Shown here: piece after piece, positions 26,321 to 41,200 of the stretch | Position numbering within the stretch: the stretch's first letter is position 1 | Layout: every line of letters begins with the position of its first letter | Assembly (NCBI RefSeq): GCF_964204645.1 | Contig: NC_134028.1 | Coordinates: 17,119,653 to 17,183,652, forward strand | Source of the DNA: Tubulanus polymorphus | Taxonomy: Eukaryota; Animalia; Nemertea | DNA: 64,000 nt | Direction of reading: 5' to 3' | Program-made: the position numbers and the translations under genes | The notes under the pieces: model-generated | The model's database searches: none | The model's input: only the letters and a program-made list of their open reading frames with translations | What the model was told of the DNA's origin: nothing

Positions 26321-28987
26321 CCGCGACAATTCACCATTTTGGTTTTGTCGCCCGCGACAATTCACCATTTTGGTTTTGTCGCCCGCGACAATTCACCGTT
26401 TTGGTTTTGTCACCCGCGACAATTCATTATTTTGGTTTTATCGCCCGCGACAATTCATTATTTTGGTTTTGTCGCCCGCGACAATTCACCATTTTGGTTT
26501 TGTCGCCCGCGACAATTCACCGTTTTGGTTTTGTCACCCGCGACAATTCATTATTTTGGTTTTATCGCCCGCGACAATTCATTATTTTGGTTTTGTCGCC
26601 AGCGACAATTCACCATTTTGGTTTTGTCGCGCGCGACAATTCACCGTTTTGGTTTTGTCACCCGCGACAATTCATTATTTTGGTTTTATCGCCCGCGACA
26701 ATTCATTATTTTGGTTTTGTCGCCCGCGACAATTCATTATTTTGGTTTTGTCGCCCCGACAATTCTTTTTTTGGTTTTGTCGCCGGCGACAATTCATTAG
26801 TCTGGTTTTGTCGCCCACGACAATTCAATATTTTGGTTTTATCGCCCGCGACAATTCATTATTTTGGTTTTATCGCCCGCGACAATTTTTTTCTCTTTTT
26901 GTCGCGGTTTTATCGCCTGCGACACTTCAATATTTTGGTTTTATCGCCCGCAACAATTCATTATTTTGGTTTTATCGCCCGCGACAATTCATTATTTTGG
27001 TTTTATCGCCCGCGACAATTCATTATTTTGGTTTTGTCACCCGAGACAATTCATCATTTTGGTTTTATCGCCCGCGACAATTCATTATTTTGGTTTTGTC
27101 CCCCGTGACAATTCACCATTTTGGTTTTGTCGCCTGGACAATTCACCATTTTGGTTTTGTCGCCCGCGACGATTCATTATTTTGGTTTTGTCGCCCCCAC
27201 AATTCTTTTTTTGGTTTTGTCGCCCGCGACAATTCATTAGTTTGGTTTTGTCGCCGGCGACAATTCATTATTTTGGTTTTGTCCCCCGTGACAATTCACC
27301 ATTTTGGTTTTGTCGCCCGCGACAATTCACTGTTTTGGTTTTGTCACCCGCGACAATTCATTATTTTGGTTTTATCGCCCGCGACAATTCATTATTTTGG
27401 TTTTGTCGCCCGGGATAATTCTTGTTTTTGGTTTTGTCGCCCGCAACAATTCATTATTTTGGTTTTATCGCCCGCGATAATTCATTATTTTGGTTTTATC
27501 GCCCGCGACAATTCATTTTTTGGATTTGTCGCCCACGACAATTCAATATTTTGGTTTTATCGCCCGCGACAATTCATTATTTTGGTTTTATCGCCCGCGA
27601 CAATTCATTATTTTGGTTTTGTCACCCGAGACAAATCATCATTTTGGTTTTATCGCCCGCGACAATTCATTATTTTGGTTTTGTCCCCCGCGACAATTCA
27701 CCATTTTGGTTTTGTCGCCTGGACAATTCACCATTTTGGTTTTGTCGCCCGCGACGATTCATTATTTTGGTTTTGTCGCCCCCACAATTCTTTTTTTGGT
27801 TTTGTCGCCCGCGACAATTCATTAGTTTGGTTTTGTCGCCGGCGACAATTCATTATTTTGGTTTTGTCGACCGCGACAATTCTTCTTTTTGGTTTTGTCG
27901 CCCGCGACAATTCATTATTTTGGTTTTGTCGCCCGCGACAATTCACCATTTTGGTTTTGTCGCCCGCGACAATTCACCGTTTTGGTTTTGTCACCCGCGA
28001 CAATTCATTATTTTGGTTTTATCGCCCGCGACAATTCATTATTTTGGTTTTGTCGCCCGCGACAATTCACCATTTTGGTTTTGTCGCCCGCGACAATTCA
28101 CCGTTTTGGTTTTGTCACCCGCGACAATTCATTATTTTGGTTTTATCGCCCGCGACAATTCATTATTTTGGTTTTGTCGCCAGCGACAATTCACCATTTT
28201 GGTTTTGTCGCGCGCGACAATTCACCGTTTTGGTTTTGTCACCCGCGACAATTCATTATTTTGGTTTTATCGCCCGCGACAATTCATTATTTTGGTTTTG
28301 TCGCCCGCGACAATTCATTATTTTGGTTTTGTCGCCCCGACAATTCTTTTTTTTGGTTTTGTCGCCGGCGACAATTCATTAGTCTGGTTTTGTCGCCCAC
28401 GACAATTCAATATTTTGGTTTTATCGCCCGCGACAATTCATTATTTTGGTTTTATCGCCCGCGACAATTTTTTTCTCTTTTTGTCGCGGTTTTATCGCCT
28501 GCGACACTTCAATATTTTGGTTTTATCGCCCGCAACAATTCATTATTTTGGTTTTATCGCCCGCGACAATTCATTATTTTGGTTTTATCGCCCGCGACAA
28601 TTCATTATTTTGGTTTTGTAACCCGAGACAATTCATCATTTTGGTTTTATCGCCCGCGACAATTCATTATTTTGGTTTTGTCCCCCGTGACAATTCACCA
28701 TTTTGGTTTTGTCGCCTGGACAATTCACCATTTTGGTTTTGTCGCCCGCGACGATTCATTATTTTGGTTTTGTCGCCCCCACAATTCTTTTTTTGGTTTT
28801 GTCGCCCGCGACAATTCATTAGTTTGGTTTTGTCGCCGGCGACAATTCATTATTTTGGTTTTGTCCCCCGTGACAATTCACCATTTTGGTTTTGTCGCCC
28901 GCGACAATTCACCGTTTTGGTTTTGTCACCCGCGACAATTCATTATTTTGGTTTTATCGCCCGCGACAATTCATTATTTTGGTTTTG

Positions 28988-31900
28988 TCGCCCCGACAAT
29001 TCTTTTTTTTGGTTTTGTCGCCCGCGACAATTCATTATTTTAGTTTTATCGCCCGCGACAATTCAATATTTTGGTTTTATCACCCGCGACAATTCATTAT
29101 TTTAGTTTTATCGCCCGCGACAATTCAATATTTTGGTTTTGTCGCCTGCGACAATTCAATATTTTGGTTTTATCGCCCGCGACAATTCATTACTTTAGTT
29201 TTATCTCCAGCGACAATTCATTATTTTGGTTTTGTCGCCCGGGATAATTCTTCTTTTTGGTTTTGTCGCCCGCAACAATTCATTATTTTGGTTTTATCGC
29301 CCGCGATAATTCATTATTTTGGTTTTATCGCCCGCGACAATTCATTTTTTGGATTTGTCGCCCACGACAATTCAATATTTTGGTTTTATCGCCCGCGACA
29401 ATTCATTATTTTGGTTTTATCGCCCGCGACAATTCATTATTTTGGTTTTGTCACCCGAGACAATTCATCATTTTGGTTTTATCGCCCGCGACAATTCATT
29501 ATTTTGGTTTTGTCCCCCGCGACAATTCACCATTTTGGTTTTGTCGCCTGGACAATTCACCATTTTGGTTTTGTCGCCCGCGACGATTCATTATTTTGGT
29601 TTTGTCGCCCCCACAATTCTTTTTTTGGTTTTGTCGCCCGCGACAATTCATTAGTTTGGTTTTGTCGCCGGCGACAATTCATTATTTTGGTTTTGTCGAC
29701 CGCGACAATTCTTCTTTTTGGTTTTGTCGCCCGCGACAATTCATTATTTTGGTTTTGTCGCCCGCGACAATTCACCATTTTGGTTTTGTCGCCCACGACA
29801 ATTCACCATTTTGGTTTTGTCGCCCGCGACAATTCACCGTTTTGGTTTTGTCACCCGCGACAATTCATTATTTTGGTTTTATCGCCCGCGACAATTCATT
29901 ATTTTGGTTTTGTCGCCCGCGACAATTCACCGTTTTGGTTTTGTCGCCCACGACAATTCATTATTTTGGTTTTGTCGCCAGCGACAATTCACCATTTTGG
30001 TTTTGTCGCGCGCGACAATTCACCGTTTTGGTTTTGTCACCCGCGACAATTCATTATTTTTGTTTTATCGCCCGCGACAATTCATTATTTTGGTTTTGTC
30101 GCCCGCGACAATTCATTATTTTGGTTTTGTCGCCCCGACAATTCTTTTTTTTGGTTTTGTCGCCCGCGACAATTCATTATTTTAGTTTTATCGCCCGCGA
30201 CAATTCAATATTTTGGTTTTATCACCCGCGACAATTCATTATTTTAGTTTTATCGCCCGCGACAATTCAATATTTTGGTTTTGTCGCCTGCGACAATTCA
30301 ATATTTTGGTTTTATCGCCCGCGACAATTCATTACTTTAGTTTTATCTCCAGCGACAATTCATTATTTTGGTTTTGTCGCCCGGGATAATTCTTCTTTTT
30401 GGTTTTGTCGCCCGCAACAATTCATTATTTTGGTTTTATCGCCCGCGATAATTCATTATTTTGGTTTTATCGCCCGCGACAATTCATTTTTTGGATTTGT
30501 CGCCCACGACAATTCAATATTTTGGTTTTATCGCCCGCGACAATTCATTATTTTGGTTTTATCGCCCGCGACAATTCATTATTTTGGTTTTGTCACCCGA
30601 GACAATTCATCATTTTGGTTTTATCGCCCGCGACAATTCATTATTTTGGTTTTGTCCCCCGCGACAATTCACCATTTTGGTTTTGTCGCCTGGACAATTC
30701 ACCATTTTGGTTTTGTCGCCCGCGACGATTCATTATTTTGGTTTTGTCGCCCCCACAATTCTTTTTTTGGTTTTGTCGCCCGCGACAATTCATTAGTTTG
30801 GTTTTGTCGCCGGCGACAATTCATTATTTTGGTTTTGTCGACCGCGACAATTCTTCTTTTTGGTTTTGTCGCCCGCGACAATTCATTATTTTGGTTTTGT
30901 CGCCCGCGACAATTCACCATTTTGGTTTTGTCGCCCACGACAATTCACCATTTTGGTTTTGTCGCCCGCGACAATTCACCGTTTTGGTTTTGTCACCCGC
31001 GACAATTCATTATTTTTGTTTTATCGCCCGCGACAATTCATTATTTTGGTTTTGTCGCCCGCGACAATTCATTATTTTGGTTTTGTCGCCCCGACAATTC
31101 TTTTTTTTGGTTTTGTCGCCCGCGACAATTCATTATTTTAGTTTTATCGCCCGCGACAATTCAATATTTTGGTTTTATCACCCGCGACAATTCATTATTT
31201 TAGTTTTATCGCCCGCGACAATTCAATATTTTGGTTTTGTCGCCTGCGACAATTCAATATTTTGGTTTTATCGCCCGCGACAATTCATTACTTTAGTTTT
31301 ATCTCCAGCGACAATTCATTATTTTGGTTTTGTCGCCCGGGATAATTCTTCTTTTTGGTTTTGTCGCCCGCAACAATTCATTATTTTGGTTTTATCGCCC
31401 GCGATAATTCATTATTTTGGTTTTATCGCCCGCGACAATTCATTTTTTGGATTTGTCGCCCACGACAATTCAATATTTTGGTTTTATCGCCCGCGACAAT
31501 TCATTATTTTGGTTTTATCGCCCGCGACAATTCATTATTTTGGTTTTGTCACCCGAGACAATTCATCATTTTGGTTTTATCGCCCGCGACAATTCATTAT
31601 TTTGGTTTTGTCCCCCGCGACAATTCACCATTTTGGTTTTGTCGCCTGGACAATTCACCATTTTGGTTTTGTCGCCCGCGACGATTCATTATTTTGGTTT
31701 TGTCGCCCCCACAATTCTTTTTTTGGTTTTGTCGCCCGCGACAATTCATTAGTTTGGTTTTGTCGCCGGCGACAATTCATTATTTTGGTTTTGTCGACCG
31801 CGACAATTCTTCTTTTTGGTTTTGTCGCCCGCGACAATTCATTATTTTGGTTTTGTCGCCCGCGACAATTCACCATTTTGGTTTTGTCGCCCACGACAAT

Positions 31901-32228
31901 TCACCATTTTGGTTTTGTCGCCCGCGACAATTCACCGTTTTGGTTTTGTCACCCGCGACAATTCATTATTTTGGTTTTATCGCCCGCGACAATTCATTAT
32001 TTTGGTTTTGTCGCCCGCGACAATTCACCGTTTTGGTTTTGTCGCCCACGACAATTCATTATTTTGGTTTTGTCGCCAGCGACAATTCACCATTTTGGTT
32101 TTGTCGCGCGCGACAATTCACCGTTTTGGTTTTGTCACCCGCGACAATTCATTATTTTTGTTTTATCGCCCGCGACAATTCATTATTTTGGTTTTGTCGC
32201 CCGCGACAATTCATTATTTTGGTTTTGT
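28988..32228. repeat. Three tandem copies of a roughly 1-kb unit (1142, 956, 1142 bp); the short copy lacks 6 monomers
   Basis: The marker tcgccccgac lies at 28988, 30130, 31086 and 32228; matching ORFs start at 29319, 30461 and 31417; 1142-956 = 186 = 6x31. Confidence 0.9.
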
Positions 32229-35200
32229 CGCCCCGACAATTCAATATTTTGGTTTTATCGCCCGCGACAATTCATTATTTTGGTTTTATCGCCCGCGACA
32301 ATTTTTTTCTCTTTTTGTCGCGGTTTTATCGCCTGCGACACTTCAATATTTTGGTTTTATCGCCCGCAACAATTCATTATTTTGGTTTTATCGCCCGCGA
32401 CAATTCATTATTTTGGTTTTATCGCCCGCGACAATTCATTATTTTGGTTTTGTCACCCGAGACAATTCATCATTTTGGTTTTATCGCCCGCGACAATTCA
32501 TTATTTTGGTTTTGTCCCCCGTGACAATTCACCATTTTGGTTTTGTCGCCTGGACAATTCACCATTTTGGTTTTGTCGCCCGCGACGATTCATTATTTTG
32601 GTTTTGTCGCCCCCACAATTCTTTTTTTGGTTTTGTCGCCCGCGACAATTCATTAGTTTGGTTTTTTCGCCGGCGACAATTCATTATTTTGGTTTTGTCG
32701 ACCGCGACAATTCATTATTTTGGTTTTGTCGCCCGCGACAATTCACCATTTTGGTTTTGTCGCCCACGACAATTCACCATTTTGGTTTTGTCGCCCGCGA
32801 CAATTCACCGTTTTGGTTTTGTCACCCGCGACAATTCATTATTTTGGTTTTATCGCCCGCGACAATTCATTATTTTGGTTTTGTCGCCCGCGACAATTCA
32901 CCGTTTTGGTTTTGTCTCCCGCGACAATTCATTATTTTGGTTTTGTCGCCAGCGACAATTCACCATTTTGGTTTTGTCGCGCGCGACAATTCACCGTTTT
33001 GGTTTTGTCACCCGCGACAATTCATTATTTTGGTTTTATCGCCCGCGACAATTCATTATTTTGGTTTTGTCGCCCGCGACAATTCATTATTTTGGTTTTG
33101 TCGCCCCGACAATTCTTTTTTTTGGTTTTGTCGCCGGCGACAATTCATTAGTCTGGTTTTGTCGCCCACGACAATTCAATATTTTGGTTTTATCGCCCGC
33201 GACAATTCATTATTTTGGTTTTATCGCCCGCGACAATTTTTTTCTCTTTTTGTCGCGGTTTTATCGCCTGCGACACTTCAATATTTTGGTTTTATCGCCC
33301 GCAACACTTCATTATTTTGGTTTTATCGCCCGCGACAATTCATTATTTTGGTTTTATCGCCCGCGACAATTCATTATTTTGGTTTTGTCAGCCGAGACAA
33401 TTCATCATTTTGGTTTTATCGCCGCCGACAATTCATTATTTTGGTTTTGTCCCCCGTGACAATTCACCATTTTGGTTTTGTCGCCTGGACAATTCACCAT
33501 TTTGGTTTTGTCGCCCGCGACGATTCATTATTTTGGTTTTGTCGCCCCCACAATTCTTTTTTTGGTTTTGTCGCCCGCGACAATTCATTAGTTTGGTTTT
33601 GTCGCTTGCGACAATTCATTATTTTGGTTTTGTCGCCCGCGAAAATTCAATATTTTGGTTTTATCGCCCACGACAATTCACTACTTTGGTTTTATCGCCA
33701 GCGACAATTCATTATTTTGGTTTTGTCGACCGCGACAATTCATTATTTTGGTTTTATCGCCCGCGACAATTCATTTTTTGGATTTGTCGCCCACGACAAT
33801 TCAATATTTTGGTTTTATGGCCTGCGACAATTCATTATTTTATCAATTCATTTTTTGGATTTGTCGCCCACGACAATTCAATATTTTGGTTTTATCGCCC
33901 GCGACAATTCATTATTTTGGTTTTATCGCCCGCGACAATTCATTATTTTGGTTTTGTCGCACACGACAATGGCGACAATTCAAGATTTTGGTTTTATCGC
34001 CCACGACAATTCAATATTTTGGTTTTATCGCCCGCGACAATTCATTATTTTGGTTTTATCGCCCGCGACAATTTTTTTCTCTTTTTGTCGCGGTTTTATC
34101 GCCTGCGACACTTCAATATTTTGGTTTTATCGCCCGCAACAATTCATTAATTTGGTTTTGTATTTTGTTTTTGTCGCCCGCGACAATTTTTTCAATGGTT
34201 TTGTCGCCCGCGACAATTCAATATTTTGGTTTTATCGCCCGCGACAATTCATTATTTTGGTTTTGTCGCCCGCGACAATTCACCATTTTGGTTTTGTCAC
34301 CCACGACAATTCATTATTTTGGTTTTATCGCCGCGACAATTCATTATTTTAGTTTTATCGCCCGCGACAATTCATTATTTTGGTTTTGTCGCACCGACAA
34401 TTCTTTTTTTGGTTTTGTCGCCCGCGACAATTCATTAATTTGGTTTTGTCGCCCGCGTTAATTCATTAGTCTGGTTTTGTCGCCCGCGACAATTCAATAT
34501 TTTGGTTTTGTCGCCCGCGACAATTCAATATTTTGGTTTTATCGCCCGCGACAATTCATTACTTTAGTTTTATCTCCAGCGACAATTCATTATTTTGGTT
34601 TTGTCGCCAGCGACAATTCACCATTTTGGTTTTGTCGCCCGCGACAATTCACCGATTTGGTTTTGTCACCCGCGACAATTCATTATTTTGGTTTTATCGC
34701 CCGCGACAATTCATTATTTTGGTTTTGTCGCCCCGACAATTCTTTTTTTTGGTTTTGTCGCCCGCGACAATTCATTATTTTAGTTTTATCGCCCGCGACA
34801 ATTCAATATTTTGGTTTTATCACCCGCGACAATTCATTATTTTGGTTTTGTCGCACACGACAATGGCGACAATTCAAGATTTTGGTTTTATCGCCCACGA
34901 CAATTCAATATTTTGGTTTTATCGCCCGCGACAATTCATTATTTTGGTTTTATCGCCCGCGACAATTTTTTTCTCTTTTTGTCGCGGTTTTATCGCCTGC
35001 GACAATTCAATATTTTGGTTTTATCGCCCGCAACAATTCATTATTTTGGTTTTGTATTTTGTTTTTGTCGCCCGCGACAATTTTTTTTAATGGTTTTGTC
35101 GCCCGCGACAATTCAATATTTTAGTTTTATCGACCGCGACAATTCATTATTTTGGTTTTGTCCCCCGTGACAATTCACCATTTTGGTTTTGTCGCCCGCG

Positions 35201-38200
35201 ACAATTCACCGTTTTGGTTTTGTCACCCGCGACAATTCATTATTTTGGTTTTATCGCCCGCGACAATTCATTATTTTGGTTTTGTCCCCCGCGACAATTC
35301 ACCATTTTGGTTTTGTCGCCTGGACAATTCACCATTTTGGTTTTGTCGCCCGCGACGATTCATTATTTTGGTTTTGTCGCCCCCACAATTCTTTTTTTGG
35401 TTTTGTCGCCCGCGACAATTCATTAGTTTGGTTTTGTCGCCGGCGACAATTCATTATTTTGGTTTTGTCGACCGCGACAATTCTTCTTTTTGGTTTTGTC
35501 GCCCGCGACAATTCATTATTTTGGTTTTGTCGCCCGCGACAATTCACCATTTTGGTTTTGTCGCCCGCGACAATTCACCATTTTGGTTTTGTCGCCCGCG
35601 ACAATTCACCGTTTTGGTTTTGTCACCCGCGACAATTCATTATTTTGGTTTTATCGCCCGCGACAATTCATTATTTTGGTTTTGTCGCCCGCGACAATTC
35701 ACCGTTTTGGTTTTGTCGCCCACGACAATTCATTATTTTGGTTTTGTCGCCAGCGACAATTCACCATTTTGGTTTTGTCGCGCGCGACAATTCACCGTTT
35801 TGGTTTTGTCGCGCGCGACAATTCACCGTTTTGGTTTTGTCACCCGCGACAATTCATTATTTTTGTTTTATCGCCCGCGACAATTCATTATTTTGGTTTT
35901 GTCGCCCGGGATAATTCTTGTTTTTGGTTTTGTCGCCCGCAACAATTCATTATTTTGGTTTTATCGCCCGCGATAATTCATTATTTTGGTTTTATCGCCC
36001 GCGACAATTCATTTTTTGGATTTGTCGCCCACGACAATTCAATATTTTGGTTTTATCGCCCGCGACAATTCATTATTTTGGTTTTATCGCCCGCGACAAT
36101 TCATTATTTTGGTTTTGTCACCCGAGACAATTCATCATTTTGGTTTTATCGCCCGCGACAATTCATTATTTTGGTTTTGTCCCCCGCGACAATTCACCAT
36201 TTTGGTTTTGTCGCCTGGACAATTCACCATTTTGGTTTTGTCGCCCGCGACGATTCATTATTTTGGTTTTGTCGCCCCCACGATTCTTTTTTTGGTTTTG
36301 TCGCCCGCGACAATTCATTAGTTTGGTTTTGTCGCCAGCGACAATTCATTATTTTGGTTTTGTCGACCGCGACAATTCTTCTTTTTGGTTTTGTCGCCCG
36401 CGACAATTCATTATTTTGGTTTTGTCGCCCGCGACAATTCACCATTTTGGTTTTGTCGCCCGCGACAATTCACCATTTTGGTTTTGTCGCCCGCGACAAT
36501 TCACCGTTTTGGTTTTGTCACCCGCGACAATTCATTATTTTGGTTTTATCGCCCGCGACAATTCATTATTTTGGTTTTGTCGCCCGCGACAATTCACCGT
36601 TTTGGTTTTGTCGCCCACGACAATTCATTATTTTGGTTTTGTCGCCAGCGACAATTCACCATTTTGGTTTTGTCGCGCGCGACAATTCACCGTTTTGGTT
36701 TTGTCACCCGCGACAATTCATTATTTTTGTTTTATCGCCCGCGACAATTCATTATTTTGGTTTTGTCGCCCGCGACAATTCATTATTTTGGTTTTGTCGC
36801 CCCGACAATTCTTTTTTTTGGTTTTGTCGCCCGCGACAATTCATTATTTTAGTTTTATCGCCCGCGACAATTCAATATTTTGGTTTTATCACCCGCGACA
36901 ATTCATTATTTTAGTTTTATCGCCCGCGACAATTCAATATTTTGGTTTTGTCGCCTGCGACAATTCAATATTTTGGTTTTATCGCCCGCGACAATTCATT
37001 ACTTTAGTTTTATCTCCAGCGACAATTCATTATTTTGGTTTTGTCGCCCGGGATAATTCTTCTTTTTGGTTTTGTCGCCCGCAACAATTCATTATTTTGG
37101 TTTTATCGCCCGCGATAATTCATTATTTTGGTTTTATCGCCCGCGACAATTCATTTTTTGGATTTGTCGCCCACGACAATTCAATATTTTGGTTTTATCG
37201 CCCGCGACAATTCATTATTTTGGTTTTATCGCCCGCGACAATTCATTATTTTGGTTTTGTCACCCGAGACAATTCATCATTTTGGTTTTATCGCCCGCGA
37301 CAATTCATTATTTTGGTTTTGTCCCCCGCGACAATTCACCATTTTGGTTTTGTCGCCTGGACAATTCACCATTTTGGTTTTGTCGCCCGCGACGATTCAT
37401 TATTTTGGTTTTGTCGCCCCCACAATTCTTTTTTTGGTTTTGTCGCCCGCGACAATTCATTAGTTTGGTTTTGTCGCCGGCGACAATTCATTATTTTGGT
37501 TTTGTCGACCGCGACAATTCTTCTTTTTGGTTTTGTCGCCCGCGACAATTCATTATTTTGGTTTTGTCGCCCGCGACAATTCACCATTTTGGTTTTGTCG
37601 CCCACGACAATTCACCATTTTGGTTTTGTCGCCCGCGACAATTCACCGTTTTGGTTTTGTCACCCGCGACAATTCATTATTTTTGTTTTATCGCCCGCGA
37701 CAATTCATTATTTTGGTTTTGTCGCCCGCGACAATTCATTATTTTGGTTTTGTCGCCCCGACAATTCTTTTTTTTGGTTTTGTCGCCCGCGACAATTCAT
37801 TATTTTAGTTTTATCGCCCGCGACAATTCAATATTTTGGTTTTATCACCCGCGACAATTCATTATTTTAGTTTTATCGCCCGCGACAATTCAATATTTTG
37901 GTTTTGTCGCCTGCGACAATTCAATATTTTGGTTTTATCGCCCGCGACAATTCATTACTTTAGTTTTATCTCCAGCGACAATTCATTATTTTGGTTTTGT
38001 CGCCCGGGATAATTCTTCTTTTTGGTTTTGTCGCCCGCAACAATTCATTATTTTGGTTTTATCGCCCGCGATAATTCATTATTTTGGTTTTATCGCCCGC
38101 GACAATTCATTTTTTGGATTTGTCGCCCACGACAATTCAATATTTTGGTTTTATCGCCCGCGACAATTCATTATTTTGGTTTTATCGCCCGCGACAATTC

Positions 38201-41200
38201 ATTATTTTGGTTTTGTCACCCGAGACAATTCATCATTTTGGTTTTATCGCCCGCGACAATTCATTATTTTGGTTTTGTCCCCCGCGACAATTCACCATTT
38301 TGGTTTTGTCGCCTGGACAATTCACCATTTTGGTTTTGTCGCCCGCGACGATTCATTATTTTGGTTTTGTCGCCCCCACAATTCTTTTTTTGGTTTTGTC
38401 GCCCGCGACAATTCATTAGTTTGGTTTTGTCGCCGGCGACAATTCATTATTTTGGTTTTGTCGACCGCGACAATTCTTCTTTTTGGTTTTGTCGCCCGCG
38501 ACAATTCATTATTTTGGTTTTGTCGCCCGCGACAATTCACCATTTTGGTTTTGTCGCCCACGACAATTCACCATTTTGGTTTTGTCGCCCGCGACAATTC
38601 ACCGTTTTGGTTTTGTCACCCGCGACAATTCATTATTTTGGTTTTATCGCCCGCGACAATTCATTATTTTGGTTTTGTCGCCCGCGACAATTCACCGTTT
38701 TGGTTTTGTCGCCCACGACAATTCATTATTTTGGTTTTGTCGCCAGCGACAATTCACCATTTTGGTTTTGTCGCGCGCGACAATTCACCGTTTTGGTTTT
38801 GTCACCCGCGACAATTCATTATTTTTGTTTTATCGCCCGCGACAATTCATTATTTTGGTTTTGTCGCCCGCGACAATTCATTATTTTGGTTTTGTCGCCC
38901 CGACAATTCTTTTTTTTGGTTTTGTCGCCGGCGACAATTCATTAGTCTGGTTTTGTCGCCCACGACAATTCAATATTTTGGTTTTATCGCCCGCGACAAT
39001 TCATTATTTTGGTTTTATCGCCCGCGACAATTTTTTTCTCTTTTTGTCGCGGTTTTATCGCCTGCGACACTTCAATATTTTGGTTTTATCGCCCGCAACA
39101 ATTCATTATTTTGGTTTTATCGCCCGCGACAATTCATTATTTTGGTTTTATCGCCCGCGACAATTCATTATTTTGGTTTTGTCACCCGAGACAATTCATC
39201 ATTTTGGTTTTATCGCCCGCGACAATTCATTATTTTGGTTTTGTCCCCCGTGACAATTCACCATTTTGGTTTTGTCGCCTGGACAATTCACCATTTTGGT
39301 TTTGTCGCCCGCGACGATTCATTATTTTGGTTTTGTCGCCCCCACAATTCTTTTTTTGGTTTTGTCGCCCGCGACAATTCATTAGTTTGGTTTTTTCGCC
39401 GGCGACAATTCATTATTTTGGTTTTGTCGACCGCGACAATTCATTATTTTGGTTTTGTCGCCCGCGACAATTCACCATTTTGGTTTTGTCGCCCACGACA
39501 ATTCACCATTTTGGTTTTGTCGCCCGCGACAATTCACCGTTTTGGTTTTGTCACCCGCGACAATTCATTATTTTGGTTTTATCGCCCGCGACAATTCATT
39601 ATTTTGGTTTTGTCGCCCGCGACAATTCACCGTTTTGGTTTTGTCTCCCGCGACAATTCATTATTTTGGTTTTGTCGCCAGCGACAATTCACCATTTTGG
39701 TTTTGTCGCGCGCGACAATTCACCGTTTTGGTTTTGTCACCCGCGACAATTCATTATTTTGGTTTTATCGCCCGCGACAATTCATTATTTTGGTTTTGTC
39801 GCCCGCGACAATTCATTATTTTGGTTTTGTCGCCCCGACAATTCTTTTTTTTGGTTTTGTCGCCGGCGACAATTCATTAGTCTGGTTTTGTCGCCCACGA
39901 CAATTCAATATTTTGGTTTTATCGCCCGCGACAATTCATTATTTTGGTTTTATCGCCCGCGACAATTTTTTTCTCTTTTTGTCGCGGTTTTATCGCCTGC
40001 GACACTTCAATATTTTGGTTTTATCGCCCGCAACACTTCATTATTTTGGTTTTATCGCCCGCGACAATTCATTATTTTGGTTTTATCGCCCGCGACAATT
40101 CATTATTTTGGTTTTGTCAGCCGAGACAATTCATCATTTTGGTTTTATCGCCGCCGACAATTCATTATTTTGGTTTTGTCCCCCGTGACAATTCACCATT
40201 TTGGTTTTGTCGCCTGGACAATTCACCATTTTGGTTTTGTCGCCCGCGACGATTCATTATTTTGGTTTTGTCGCCCCCACAATTCTTTTTTTGGTTTTGT
40301 CGCCCGCGACAATTCATTAGTTTGGTTTTGTCGCTTGCGACAATTCATTATTTTGGTTTTGTCGCCCGCGAAAATTCAATATTTTGGTTTTATCGCCCAC
40401 GACAATTCACTACTTTGGTTTTATCGCCAGCGACAATTCATTATTTTGGTTTTGTCGACCGCGACAATTCATTATTTTGGTTTTATCGCCCGCGACAATT
40501 CATTTTTTGGATTTGTCGCCCACGACAATTCAATATTTTGGTTTTATGGCCTGCGACAATTCATTATTTTATCAATTCATTTTTTGGATTTGTCGCCCAC
40601 GACAATTCAATATTTTGGTTTTATCGCCCGCGACAATTCATTATTTTGGTTTTATCGCCCGCGACAATTCATTATTTTGGTTTTGTCGCACACGACAATG
40701 GCGACAATTCAAGATTTTGGTTTTATCGCCCACGACAATTCAATATTTTGGTTTTATCGCCCGCGACAATTCATTATTTTGGTTTTATCGCCCGCGACAA
40801 TTTTTTTCTCTTTTTGTCGCGGTTTTATCGCCTGCGACACTTCAATATTTTGGTTTTATCGCCCGCAACAATTCATTAATTTGGTTTTGTATTTTGTTTT
40901 TGTCGCCCGCGACAATTTTTTCAATGGTTTTGTCGCCCGCGACAATTCAATATTTTGGTTTTATCGCCCGCGACAATTCATTATTTTGGTTTTGTCGCCC
41001 GCGACAATTCACCATTTTGGTTTTGTCACCCACGACAATTCATTATTTTGGTTTTATCGCCGCGACAATTCATTATTTTAGTTTTATCGCCCGCGACAAT
41101 TCATTATTTTGGTTTTGTCGCACCGACAATTCTTTTTTTGGTTTTGTCGCCCGCGACAATTCATTAATTTGGTTTTGTCGCCCGCGTTAATTCATTAGTC

